64,000 nt of DNA, taken from NCBI RefSeq assembly GCF_009914755.1, contig NC_060932.1. One strand, 5' to 3'. Every line of letters starts with the position of its first letter. Position 1 is the first letter of the stretch. The stretch is from the human T2T-CHM13v2.0 reference genome, Homo sapiens. This document shows, one piece after another, positions 18,330 to 33,787 of the stretch. A program made the translations under genes and the position numbers. A model generated the notes under the pieces. The model was given only the letters and a program-made list of their open reading frames with translations, searched no databases and was not told the origin of the DNA.

Positions 18330-18505
18330 TGGATCAGAGAGATATGTGGCATCCTCCTGGACTCTGCCACATGTGTCTTTTCCCTGGAATATATTGACAT
18401 ATCCCCTCCCTGTTAAAACCATAATGACAAGCATGATAGTTTTAGAGATGTCTCTGAGTTCTTCTAATGGAGAATGAAGCCTCAGGCTGGTTTTGGGAGT
18501 CTGAA
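18330..18505 (+). mobile_element. Possible old LTR 3' fragment (MER21/MER77-like)
   Basis: CTGAGTTCTTCTA...CCTCAGGCTGGTTTTGGGAG resembles MER21-type LTR ends; diverged. Confidence 0.35.
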
Positions 18506-19035
18506 GGGGTTTAGGCTTTAAATTCATGCAGAGTTTAGCTAATTCTAGATGGTGTTATATACCATGTTAGAATTAGGAAAGGTGGCAGGCATCACTTTAA
18601 ATTCTATCAAAAAAGGTAGATTTTGTTATTTTCACACTGACAAAATAATTCGAAGCCAGAGCAGTTATTTCCATATTGAAAAACAAAGCTTGAGAAAGCA
18701 ATAAAATCAAATTAAATATTTAATTGTAGTTTTTTTTAAATATCAAGCCAGAGTCTACCATTTACATATGAATTCAAAGTCTTCACACCAAACTTGCAAA
18801 TAAGAAGAGGTTTCAATCCTGATAATTTCAAAAGAATTTATACATATATATGAGTTTCTAGAACGGAAAGTAGACTTAAAGATTTAAAAAATGTTTTAAT
18901 GAAAAACAGCCCAGATAGGTTACTGCTATCCTTATTTTATAAAATTAATTTTAAGTGCTATTTTATATGTAATTAAATAAATATTAGATTAAGATAAAAT
19001 ACTTTTAAAATGTGGCTAAAGAATTGTTTGTAGTT

Positions 19036-19313
19036 ATTTTTTATTTTATTTATTTATTTATTTTGAGACAGAGTCTCACTCTCTCGCCCAGGCTGGAGGG
19101 CAGTGGCACGATCTCAGGGCACTGCAACCTCAGCCTCCTGGGTTCCCGCCATTCTCCCACCTCAGCCTCTGGAGTAGCTGGGACTACAGGTGCCCACCAC
19201 CACGCCCAGCTAATTTTTTTGTATTTTTAGTAGAGACGGTGTTTCACCGTGTTAGCCAGGATGGTCTTGATCTCCTGATCTTGTGATCCGCCCACCTCAG
19301 CCTCCCAAAGTGT
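19036..19313 (-). mobile_element. AluY/Sc-like, 5'-truncated
   Basis: TSD TGTTTGTAGTTATTTT. Confidence 0.92.
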
Positions 19314-20306
19314 GTTTGTAGTTATTTTTATAATAATACAGAATAGGTAAATACAGATAAAAACTGTGATTTTAAAAGCCTACTGATATGCTTCTTTTAC
19401 TTCTTCAGTAGAAATTAAAGCACAGCCAGATGTCTTCCCCTTTTCCCCACAGGATACAAGTGCTTAGCATTTCAAAGGTCCACGGAGTTGGTAATTTCAT
19501 TATTTTTTCATTCAAAGGTCCTGTATGTATAGTGTGAGAATATCGGGTTTACAGTAAATTTTCTATTGCATATGCATTCTTCCTACACATAGTATGGATC
19601 TATTTATTTTAATTAGATATTGAAAAAATGTCAAAGTCATCATAAAAATGAGGCAGTCACACAGAAGCATTAAAGTAAGGATTCCTGCTCAGAAAAAGGA
19701 CGTCTAAAGAGACCAGGTCCTCTGTTGCACCATCAAACGAGAACTTGCCTCCAGCCTCTCCGTAGAGCCCCTCTTGCACTATTAAACCACTCTACTATTT
19801 TCTCCTATGGCTACCTGTACACTGCGCTCTTTCTTACACTGTTTCTTCTACCTGGAGTGTTCCACCTCCGAGTAGCAAAATGCTATGTACCTTTCAAGGC
19901 CCACTACAAAAATGAGCTCATTTTTCTGAAATGCAAAATCAATATGAAATTATTATAAAAGCTAAACAAAAAGAAACACCAAGGATCAAATTAATAAGTA
20001 CCCTTTTTCCCTCTGGTCCTACAATCTGATATAACCACTGTAAAGCTGAACGCTGCTGACTTCGCGGAGATTTCCCTGATGGCTTCCCAAGCCTGTGCCA
20101 TCTCCTTCCCTGCAGCTCAGTATACCATTCCTCTTGTGTTTACTATTTTGCCATCCTTATAATTTCCTTGGCAACAAGGATTGTTTCTTTACTTCTAACT
20201 TAACAGCATGCGACATATTCCTTAAATACTAAGTGGAGTGAGTAAAACATAATAGATTCTCAACGAATATTTATTGAATACATTAATAAATTACTGGATA
20301 TGTTCA

Positions 20307-20606
<300 letters not shown>

Positions 20607-20874
20607 TTAAATTACTTCGGAATTTGCAGGAGTGTCATCACATGTGACTGCTTGAGATGAAGTTGTTGGATAAGTTTAATAAGGTATATTTTCTAAGTAG
20701 TCAGTTGCCATCCAGACCAATATAATTATTATTAGTAGTAGTAGAATCATAACCATATGCATTTAATAAATAGTGTGTACTTTAAAAGGAAAGTAGCACA
20801 TACCAAAAGTAAATTTTATAATGCTTACCTTGGAAAAAAGGCATATGATGTAAATTATTTAAGAAAGTAATACA

Positions 20875-21170
20875 GGCTGGGAGCGGTGGCTCACGCCTGT
20901 AATCCCAGCACTCTGGGAGGCCGAGGCGGGAGGATCACGAGGTCAGGAGATCAAGACCATCCTGGCTAACACAGTAAAATCCTGTCTCTACTAAAAATAC
21001 AAAAAGTTAGCCTGGCGTGGTGGCGGGCGCCTGTAGTCCCAGCTACTCAGGAGGCTGAGGCGGGAGAATGGCGTGAACCTGGGAGGTGAAGTTTGCAGTG
21101 AGCCGAGATCTTGCCACTGCGCTCCAGCCCGGGCGACAGAGCAAGACTCTGTCCCCCGCCCCAAAAAAAA
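20875..21170 (+). mobile_element. AluY-like
   Basis: GATCACGAGGTCAGGAGATC.AGACCATCCTGGCTAAC and GAGAATGGCGTGAACC diagnostics. Confidence 0.92.
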
Positions 21171-21356
21171 GGAAATGCAAGTAATAATAAAAGGAGCCTA
21201 CAAAAAATGTTGGGTGAACATATACCTAATAATTCCCTTTTATTTTAAATAGGAAATATACTACCAGTCTGAGTACTCCTAACTGGAAAATATGTCGTTA
21301 TTTGGTTTAACTATACAAATATAACAGGAAAATCCATTGCAGTTTTTTTAGTCTTT

Positions 21357-21389
<33 letters not shown>

Positions 21390-22543
21390 CACTGTATAAT
21401 CCCTAAGCTGACAACTACTATCAGTACAATTTTTTATAACATGATTTATTGTGCTTTATCATTCAGTCTTTATGTTCCCTAGAATAAACTCCAGGTAAGA
21501 CAAGAGATAATAAATGTTTGCAGTCTGTGTGGTTTAAACATTTACTCATTAATGAGTAAGAATTAACTAATCCATAAATCAGGTATCATCTGATACTGTA
21601 ATTTTAAAGCTAAATGAGCCTCTCGCCCACTCTGGGAAGAGGGCGTGAGTACTCAATGCAGTAGAAGCCCTCTCTAGCATCTTTGAATATTTAGGCACAC
21701 CTTTGTCCATAAAGGCAGTTCCCATGAGACTGGGAACCTGCTCCTAATGCAGCAGCAAAGCCACACCATGCAGCACCAGTTCTGGGGGAACCTCCGCCCT
21801 GCCATGTAATTCTGCTGAAACCAACCCTCAGCGCCAGGCAACACAATGAGTTTCAAAATAGCATGAGGTCACCGGTCACTGTCCTCACAATCAACTGAAA
21901 ATCAAGTCATAAAATAAAGTCTCCGAGCTTCTGCAGAGGGGCCTTTTCTGTGGAGAATGAAGTGAAATGGAAATTTCAATTTTATGTGTAAATTCCTTAA
22001 CCATTGACAATATTGGAGTGAGCCTGTAGTTTGGAAACTTGTAAACAAATGCTGGAAAAGGAAACAGTATATTATTATGACAGGTGTTTCCCAGAATTCT
22101 AGACTTTTTTGTTTCTGTGTTCAGGACCTGAGAAAAAGAGAGGTGGGCCAGAAAGAAGATAGGACAGGGCAGAGGGGCCAGCAGACAGGGGATGGGAACA
22201 CAAAGAGCTTGATGCGGGATTACTCAGGGATTAGATTTAAGAGGCAGCTAAGGCTCAGAATATGAATCAGTCTGTGTTTTATATTAAAGCAATTGGACAT
22301 CAACATAAAGATAATGTGAGAACATATGGAAGACAGCAACCAGGCAACGCAATATGTGGGCCTACAGCGTGGCCTTGGCGTTCACAAGATTAATGTAAGT
22401 GCTGTTTGGAGTTTGTCTTCATTAACATTTGCCAAATGTTAAGCATTCCATAGAGCCATGAGGTTTCGTTATTATCCATAGCTTTCTCCTATTTAATAAA
22501 CTAATGAAATGGCATTGTTGCCTCTTTAAAATGACAATGTGCA

Positions 22544-22861
<318 letters not shown>

Positions 22862-23613
22862 TCAGTAACTCAATGATGGCAACATTATTTGCCACAACTG
22901 TTTGGGAAAGTCATTAGAATAGGGCCATAAAAAATCAGTTGTAATATTAAACCTAGTAATACATTTACAGAAATCTCTATTATGAGCATAATTTCTAAGC
23001 AGAAAAAGGTGAATGTTTAAAGATGTTCATTGCAGCATTATTTACACTACAGAAATCCAAACAACAACAAAAAAAAAATAGGGAGAGACTCATAAATGCC
23101 AGTGATGAAATGTCATATCTTTCAATAGTCACAGATTGTATAGATTTCTGTGTATTTATTTATATTTTCAGTATTGTAAGCATACTATGCAGTTGACAAC
23201 AGCTTCCTGTGGTTAAGCCCTGACTATAGTCAGCAGGTTAAAAAAAATCCTTTATTTAACCTTTCAGCATCCCTTGGTTTTAATTATTTTCATTTATGCA
23301 ATGATATGTCTCTGAACAAGAGTCAGAGACGCAGCAGAAAAATGATTGAGAACAAGAAAAATCGAGATCAGAGGACACATAGTGGCAAAAGCATCTTGAG
23401 ATAATTCCTGGCATTGGCTCCCCCAGGGACGAGAAGTGGGAAGAACACTATGTGAGACAAATTCCTCCCAGAGCGGGAGAGGAGGAAACTTCACCTGGAG
23501 GGAAGCGCTGGGCAGCCTCTGAAACCCAGAAACCCACTGGATTATGTCGCTCATTACTAACAGAGCTTTGGGGGCTCCCTAAGAGCTCCAGACATCACCT
23601 CTTTTACCTACTA

Positions 23614-23826
<213 letters not shown>

Positions 23827-23956
23827 CTAATTAACAAGATCAGTGTGAATATCAAGTAATTTATATGATAAAACTTAATAAACTGTCATAAGTTCAAATA
23901 AAGTTATTACATTTTATTTATAATGCACCTAAATATTATAGAGAATTAGCTGTATT

Positions 23957-24036
23957 TTAGGTTGGTGAAAATGTAATTGCGGTTTTTGCCATTACTTTCA
24001 ATGGCAAAAACCTCAATTGCCTTTACACCAACCTAA
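23957..24036. mobile_element. MADE1 (Hsmar1-derived MITE), 80-bp palindrome
   Basis: TTAGGTTGGTG...GCGGTTTTTGCCATT-ACTTTC-AATGGCAAAAACC...CACCAACCTAA; full-length inverted repeats. Confidence 0.93.
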
Positions 24037-24461
24037 TGTATATCGATAATATGAAATTAGAAACAGTGTTTGAAAATGAGTATTCTGATTAACTCAGTGC
24101 TATCTTTTGAGATGTAATCTTTATAACTCAATATTTACAAGCTTTATATACAGAAAATCCAAGATAAATTACTAGTTATAGAATGAATGCTTTTACCCCA
24201 TAAATGTATACAATTATAATTTGCCAATTAAAAATGTTATTACTTTAAAAATATGTAATTACAAATAAAAAAATGAATGAATGTTCCAGTGCTGCTTTCT
24301 GGTAAAGCTACATTATACCATGGAACTACTGCGTTGATTAGAGACACTCTACAAAGATTTACTATAGATCAATAAACCTTATAAGCACAATTGCTATTAA
24401 TAAAGTTTGCAAAATAAAAAATATTTTTAACTCACAATTTTGTGAAAATGGAATTTGCAGT

Positions 24462-24825
24462 TGACGTGGTATGGCTGTGTCCCCACCCAAATCTCAACTT
24501 GAATTGTATCTCCCAGAATTCCCAAATGTTGTGAATGTGGGAGGGACCCAGGGGAGGTAATTGCATCAGAGGGTCCAATCAATCTCATACTATTCTCGTG
24601 ATAGTGAATGAGTCTCACGAGAGCTGATGCTTTTATCAGGGGTTTCCACTTTTGCTTCTTTCTCATTTTCTCTTGCTGCCGCCATGTAAGAAGTGCCTTT
24701 CACCTCCCACCATGATTCTCAGCTCCCCCGACCCCAGCCATGTGGAACTGTAAGTCCATTTCAACCTCTTTTTCTTCCCAGTCTTGGGTAGGTCTTTATC
24801 AGCAGCGTGAAAATGGACTAATATA
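24462..24825 (+). mobile_element. THE1A solo LTR (ERVL-MaLR)
   Basis: TGGCTGTGTCCCCACCCAAATCTCAACTTGAATTG...CAGCAGCGTGAAAATGGACTAATA; 5-bp flanks GCAGT/ACAGT. Confidence 0.88.
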
Positions 24826-26584
24826 ACAGTCCACCATACAGTAGCTACATTATATACAATAGTGTTTCTCAGTTGTTTTTGTGTCTGATAAGTAGAATAT
24901 TGGACTGTTGGAATCTTTTACATCATACTTGGCTTCAAGGAAAAACTTCTCCAGGTGTTCGAAGGAAGAATATTCAAACCCCTATGAAACAATTATGTCT
25001 TAAAGGACGTAGCTCAAAGGCTACAGTGGCGTGTCCCTCATGATTGATTGTTTTTGTTGTTATCACCTATTTGAAAAACTAGATGCTTAGAAATCTAAGC
25101 TGATAAATGTAGGGACAGGGAACATTAAAACAGAAAGCCAGGCCAAATCAGCATCTCTCTCTTTCTCTGACACACACACCCCTCATCTGCATTCCCCCAT
25201 CGTGTGGCTCCCTGGGCCAACCTGTCAAATGCATAGCAAGGCCACCGCTGCCTCTGCCAGGGACCACTCCAGGCTGAAGTCCACAAAAACAGCCTTTTCT
25301 TGAAAGCCACTGCCAAATGGCCTAGAAAACATCCACAGTGCCTGGAATGCCTCCTCCCAATACTGCTATTTGGACCTAAAATTGCTTTAGAGACCCATGC
25401 TCACAAAAAAGAATGAATAATTCCACACTGAGTTTCAACTATCAACACATTTCCTTCTTTATTATTCTCTTTTAGAATGAAATCAGCAATTCATTTCTCA
25501 TTCTTGTTTTGCTTTAAACGTAATAAACTCTCTTGGAAAAATGAGTCCTACTGTACAGCAAATATGAACGCTAATAAAACGTTAAGAAAAAAAAACATGG
25601 AAAGCTGATTGCTGGTTTCTAGAGGAGGAGAAGCAAATAAAACTAGATTCAATAGAACCTCATCTTCATTAGAAGATTTCATCCACGAATTAGCAGTGCC
25701 TTGGAAGTATACAAGCCTCAATTACCAGAATACAATATTAACAAGTTAATGGTTCATAGGTACTCCTGGTGAACCTTCACTTAAAACAGCGTTTAACAGA
25801 GACACACACACATTTACAACACAGGAGTGTTAATAGTATGTAAGGCATTGCATTGCCTTAGTTTGGCTGTGTAGTCTTTCGGGTGACTTAAGAAGTACAA
25901 TTAAGTTCTTTTTTGGGATAGGTAAAACTAGTGTTGAAGGCTCTAGCGCCCTTCTGCTCATGAAAATAACCTCTATGAAAAACACCGAAATAGGACATTT
26001 GAAGTTGTAATTAAAGATTCTAAGCCCAATGGCTGCGGGCTACTCTAATCACTGAAAAAAATTGTTGTTGTTTTTTTTTCTTTTCTCAATGGCAACAAAA
26101 CAATTATCCTGTGTGCGTGTGGGGAGGGGGGAGCAGATTAGCCCATATGGGCAGTACAGTGGTTTTCATTATTCATTTATTGAGTGAAATAAAGATTATT
26201 TATTGACTCTACTCTGTTATAAATGCTAGTTATAAATGGAAACTAGAAATGCGTCTTACTCTGGTGAATTTAGGCAAATTAAAGCATAGATGATTGTATA
26301 AAAGAATTGTAAGTTGCATAAATTATTATTAAAAAATAAAAAGTGGATTGAAGTAAAGAAAATATAAAACCTGGTTAAGGTTATGCAGTAGTGGTCAAAA
26401 TTGTTTTGTTGAAGAAATGACGTTTAAATTAAGATCTAAGTAGGAAAATGGTGCAGATCAGGAAAAGACCAAGAAAGGCAGGCTTTTCAGCCAAAGGAAA
26501 TAGTATGTGTTCTAAACATAGAAAGAGTTCAGTGTCTGGGATAAGGGGAGAGTTTCAGAAGAGAGATGACCTCTGCAGCCCCTT

Positions 26585-26645
26585 CTCCTAAAGTGTGTGC
26601 CCCTTTTCACACTCTCCTAAAGTGTGTGCCCCTTTTCACACTCTC
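26585..26645. repeat. 29-bp tandem duplication
   Basis: CTCCTAAAGTGTGTGCCCCTTTTCACACT x2. Confidence 0.9.
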
Positions 26646-27671
26646 GCCACCTCCTAAGTGGAGACGAAGTAGTCGTCAAATTGTTCAGACCACAGGACGT
26701 TCATTAGAACACATTTTATAAGTGGACACAGACATATTATAAAAACCCAGGACCCATTTTTTCACCTGATAAATCCCATCTGCCAGTCAACATCATAATG
26801 ATGACAATGATGATTCAAAACCCATGGCTCATTTCAGAATTATCTCAAGAATTTAAAATGCCAATTAGTTTCTTTTTCTATTGTAAACTATACACTAAGT
26901 AAGAGTATCACTAAGTAAGAGCATCAGTTACACTATTTTTTGGTCTTTGTTCCAAATGTCTTGTTAAACTGAGTACTTAACTACTTAAATATTAATACCG
27001 ATATTCCCTCAAACTTTTGATGTATAAAGTCATATTCTCTCTTTTCTCAAATGTCTTTTCCAAACTTGGATTCACTGTCACACTTCACACAATAAGGTAT
27101 AAAGGACTATATTAGGAGTCTGAATGGAAATAACTAAAAATAAGTCATGAAGATAATTCCTGAGTATGCTGAAGAATTTTGGAAGGATCCTGTTGCATCC
27201 TGTTTAGTGTGAGTGTGATGGGTTTCATAGTGCCTGTGCTGGCTTCTTGCAGGTGCCTCTGAAGGACTTGCAATGCATCACAGTGCCAGGCCACACAGGT
27301 GTGAGAGGGCGAAGGAGGCGTCAATCTGCTGTCAGAACCCTCATCACGCATGGCCTTCTTGCTCTGTACCCATCATAAAAGCATTCACCCTCATAAATGG
27401 GTTGTAAACATATAAAAAGTTTTAATTTAAGAAAGAAAGTCATCAAGTGAGAGAAAAAGAAAAAAAGATCACTTCAGTGGAATTTGATAAAGAAGTTACC
27501 TTCTAGGGTAAAGGGTGGTAAAAGCCACGATTATCAAACAAATTCTGATTCAGCTGAAGGTCACAACTTCTGCATCCCCATACTGGGCAATTCCTAAAGA
27601 CTTCTGAAGGCATTCTCTCTATTAGTTCTATAAGAGTTGTTGTATTATCTGTCATTAAAAAGTTGAATTAA

Positions 27672-27962
<291 letters not shown>

Positions 27963-29794
27963 AAAAAGTTGAATTAGAGAATCATCAACACATGAAGAAA
28001 TCTACCTCGGCAGTACATACATGAGCCTTGAAGTAGTTTTGCAAAATAGGTGAGGCACCCTGGTGTGACCTGAGTTCAGCCTGGTTGTGCCAATACGGGG
28101 ACTTGAACATTCCACTTAATCCCAGGAGGCTCATTTCTTCATTCATGAAAGGAGACTAAATATACCCATCTATACAAGGGCCACAGAATTAAATGGGATG
28201 CTAAAAGAAATGAATCAGTGTTGGCATATATTAGTTCAGTAAAGCTTAGTCTTGATGGAAAGAATTGTCTAGTTTCTTTGATAAAATATTTCTCATTAAT
28301 CAAGGCAAAGCCCTCGAGCAACTGCTCTGATGGAGACAGACCCAGGAGGAGGCTACTGCTTCTGGTGGTGGGAATTAGGGTGAATCACTCTAAGAAAAGG
28401 GCATTGCTACAGAGAATAGGGCTGCAGTTTACATCAAGGTGTACACTGAAGACTTTGAAGCCCCGCTTGAGTCCTCAGCTTCCCTATCAATGAAAAGATC
28501 CATCTGGGGTCTCAGTAGCATGTCAGCCATGAATGGTAGTCCACAGAATTTCCCAAGTGCACACATACAGAAGCTCACCAATTTCCCATATCTATCGGCT
28601 ATTCTAAACTTCTGGGATAGCATATCACTCTTTCTTTATAACCAAGGATATCACCCTGGTTCTCAACTCTAAGACATATTTTCTGCCTAATTATGCTCCA
28701 TTTGTTCTCTTAGCTCCTAGTCCCAGCACCTGCTTATGAAGCCAACCAAACTGTTGCAAAAGTTGTCAGAGTTTTGGGCCTCGCTGAGACTACAGGCTTA
28801 TACATCAATGCTTCGGGAGGACCAGCCTGCACATGAAACGTGCTCCCTGCATTGCAAGAGAGGCTTGCAGCAAGTGGAATGTGGAAATCTGAAGGTGCCT
28901 TCACCTAGGAGACGGGTCTACTGATGCACGCTGAGAACGTCAGCTTTTGGTTCAGAGGAATGGATCATTTAAAGGAGAAGGTGAGAGTGTTGCTTTTGCT
29001 TTCAGAAAACCCATACAAGAAGGAGTAGATGCCTGTGATCTGCAGGGAGAACATCCGTCAACAATGAAGATTCAGGTCCTAGTTTCTAAGAGTCTTGTCC
29101 ACAAACTAAGGGGAATCTTAGCCTTTTCTGTCTCGTACATGGTTGCCCTAGCGGGGATGGGGATTGCTACAACTCTTTGGGGTCACTGTTGGAAGCACTT
29201 TCATGCAAAAGAGGCATCTTTGTAAAGCCTTAGGTTGAAAGCTCAATTCACTCATGCAGACGGGTAAAAACAGAGACTGAGTAAGCACCCTTGCCCTGTT
29301 CCCCTAATTACTCAAAGTCGCTCAGAATCCCCCGTTGAAAGGAAAAGGAATGATGCAGTTTTAGAAGCATATCAACTTTATGTACAAATTATGGTTTGTA
29401 TACAAGCAACAGTTTGCATGCTCACATAATTCAGAATGAATTGTTCAGATGTTCATTGTGCCTGGAGGTGGCTTAATTGCTTGTTCTTCTAAAGGGGAAA
29501 AATTGGTATAACAAACTATAGCCTATTTTCTAAGAAAATCATTTCACATAAAATTCAGCAGTTTTATGATTGTGATGAAGAATAAACAGATTTAACACAT
29601 TCGATTATCTTTAAAAATGGTGTTTGGCACACATAGCAAAAGGAAGAAGAAAAACAGTGGAACTTTGAAAATAAAAGACATTTTTACTTGCTATGCCTAA
29701 AGCATTAAAATTATCTTTGAGATTTTGGCATTGAATAAGTTTTCTTTCCCAAAAAAGTTTATGCATTAGAATGCAGCAATATGCTTTATAACAC

Positions 29795-29975
29795 AGAAAA
29801 GAAAGAGAGGAAGATACTAAAGAACAAAGGAAGGAAAGGAGGGAGGGAAGGAATGAGAGGGAGGGAGGGAGGAATGAAGGAAGGAAGGAAGGAAGGAAGG
29901 AAGGAAGGAAGGGAAGGAAAGAAGGAAGGAAGGAAAGAGGGAGGGAGGGAAGGAAAGAAGGGAGGGAGGGAGGGA
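29795..29975. repeat. Polypurine (GGAA/GGGA)n tract
   Basis: Includes 8 consecutive GGAA at 29879-29910. Confidence 0.95.
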
Positions 29976-31469
29976 CTTAACTTCTCCAAATTGCAAAACC
30001 TAAAAGAAAAGGAAGTCACTAAAATCTTTAACATGGCAAAATTTTTATGAGTATTATGAAAATCTAAGTATCAATAAGCCCAAGGCAATACCAACAAAAG
30101 TAAAATAACACAGAGAATTTTATCTTTTATAAAGGAATCCTTTGTTTAGATCTGAAAAAAATAACTATTATTCACATCAAGTTTTTAAATCATAAGTGCA
30201 ACGAGACCATGCAGTAATCCCCCTAATGTCTATTTTCCCGCTAATATCTAGTTAGTTGATAAATATCTTCATGCTATTATCAATTTTTCAATTCTTGACT
30301 TAGAAATAGAGTGCATGGCTTGATTTTACCAAAGTTCTTAATAAGTCATTTAACTTCAAGACAGCTACGTCTATAGTAACATCTCTGACCTTTACATGGT
30401 CATAAATAAATGACAAACTTTAAGAATAAGGTGTACAGCACAGACATCATTGAAAATGACAAGAATTCTCTGTATGATTTATGCATCTTCTTAGGAGTTA
30501 TTAATTATAAGCTTAGCTTCTAAATCTCAAGTAGAACCTAGGAATGTTTATTTGACTTACATATCAGAGTTAAGTGTCATCTTATCAATTTATCAATTTT
30601 ATAAAATGGCAAACACTGACAAACTATCTAATTAAGTGTCACCTCTGTCAGATATGATACCCTACAAGAAAATAAAATAGCTCAAATTCATGTTCTCATT
30701 TATTTGTATTATTTATTTTTATATCTCAGTGATAGGAAATTAATGGCGTACAATAAAAAACATGTTGTTTCGAGTTTTTGTTTTTTTTTTAATTGAAAGT
30801 CCTTTCTTCTCCTTGACATCTGGCTTGGAATGGGGTGTCAAGACATGGGAAAGCAGGACCAATGTTTCCAGATCCTCCTATTGCAAGAGACAAAGGGAAA
30901 GCAGATCTAAGGGTATCTCACAAATCCTTTAAAAGCTGCGTGACAAACAATACTAGCATGGAGTTAAGTGTGAAGCAAATAAAACACTTGCTTAGCCAAC
31001 CAGATGCTTGACCTAGGAGAGGACTTATGCTTTCTAACGCTCAAAGGCCACGGAGTCAACATCAATGAGCAAGACAGTAAGAAACTAGAGGAGGCCCTGA
31101 AGTCAGGCCCACTTTGCCAGGGTTCTCTCCTACGTGGGAATGCAGGACAAATATTTCCAGACTCTGCTATTGCAGGAGAAAAAGGGAAAGGGGATTTATG
31201 GGTATCTCATAAATTACATAACATGGAATTCTAAATACTGATAATTGATTTTTGTAAATATTAAATATTTTGTGAGTCAACCAAAGCAATTGTCTGACCT
31301 GTGCTCTAGATGATTCCTACATGGGCTTTTTGCAGGTTTGCTTGTTTGTTTATTTATAGACCATTATTACAGATTGAAATAATTGGTAGCTTTTGGAACT
31401 ACATAGACATGGCCTTAATAACCTTACCTGTAAAATATCAAGAGTAAAACACAAAAAACTATGGAGCTG

Positions 31470-31977
<508 letters not shown>

Positions 31978-33254
31978 GTTAAATGTTGAATATGGTATTA
32001 AGAATATTCAAAATGTGGGAGACTTGCAAGTGCTTGGTGTCAACTGAGATACACCAATTAATTGACAGTTAATGGTTTATGGCATATAATTATGTTCTAT
32101 TTTTCTTATTGGCTCAGATATTAAGATCATGCTCATTAAAAATGGAAATTACCATGTAATGAGCAAGTTTAACATGATGATCACGGAGGAAGTGTTTGTA
32201 TTTTAACAGGATGTAGTTCACTAGGAATGGGGCAAGGGAGGGGACAGTTGAGCAGGAAGATGGGAGAGAAGCACAACATTCATCATTCACATTATTCAAA
32301 TTGTACGTCGTGCATACAGCCAGACGAGGCGATGCAGGTGTGTTGGAGCTGAAAGCCTCCCGCCCCCAATTCCTGGAAGCCTCTTCACTGCTTCCCCTGC
32401 TCTACTCTTCCCTCGCTTCCCCCAACCCCCATCCACATACAATTCATTCTCTGCATGTAAGCAACTTCTCATTTGCTTGAGCTTCTTCAGTGACATCACA
32501 TTGCACCTAGAAAACAACCTGAATGCGTCACAGCCAAATCCCCAGGCCCCCTGACCCGGGGAAGCCCTCTGACCTTCCGCTCCCAGTGCACCAGCCTTGT
32601 TCCTTTCTCTTCTCTCAACTCATCGGGCTTCTCTCCACCCAGAACTCTTCCTAGCACGTGCAGCCATGTCTCCTTCCAGTCCTTCAAATCTCAATGCCAC
32701 CCCAGAGAGTGGCAGACCCCAGGCCCCCGCTCACAACCTAAACATCACCCCAATCATTTCCTCCACAGCAGGCACCACTAACACAGCTTCAGCCTGGGCA
32801 CGGCTGCAGCCTCTATGGCTGCAACTTCAAATCAATGCCCTAAACATATGTTTTTGCCTCCAGTCTCACTCTATTTGCAACAAGTGTTTCTGTAACAGTC
32901 CATATCTACATTGTACCAGATTAGGCTCTTAAAATGTGTCTAAGGTCATTGTCATTCTCACTTTAAAATCCGCGATAGTTTCTTACGGTCCTCCAGCGTT
33001 CATAACTGTTTTAATCTGAACTACTTTGGCATTCTGGGAAGTCTAATAAGTTTCTCAAACTAATGTCTTACTGTATAAAATAAAATACATAAGATTACAA
33101 AGGAAACCAGCCATTTTAAAATATTCCTACAAAAGTGCGATAAAGCAAAATTTGTGGCTTAACATTATGTATGTTATTTCACTAAACAACACATGGCCAA
33201 GTCTAATAACTGAGGCAACTTCAAACCATGGTGTAGTAACATTTTGAAATATCT

Positions 33255-33369
33255 GCACATGTATACATATGTAACTAACCTACACAATGTGCACATGTAC
33301 CCTAAAACTTAAAGTATAATAATAAAAGAAAAAAAAGAAAAAATAAATAAATAAAATAAAATAAAAAAA
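33255..33369 (+). mobile_element. Extremely 5'-truncated young L1 (L1PA2-like 3' end plus A-rich tail)
   Basis: CACATGTATACATATGTAACTAACCT.CACAATGTGCACATGTACCCTAAAACTTAAAGTATAAT; perfect 13-bp TSD GAAATATCTGCAC (33246-33258 and 33370-33382). Confidence 0.9.
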
Positions 33370-33447
33370 GAAATATCTGCACTAAATGAAACAAAGCAAT
33401 GGATTATCTATGATTTGGTGACAAAGTCACAGGTTATGCTAATACTA

Positions 33448-33787
<340 letters not shown>

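Noticed and set aside
21542-21559. Perfect 18-bp palindrome TTACTCATTAATGAGTAA
   Set aside because: A 9-bp-arm palindrome has a substantial chance of occurring once in 64 kb of AT-rich DNA; no other support
26893-26925. 16-bp duplication CACTAAGTAAGAG(T/C)AT
   Set aside because: Ordinary slippage duplication
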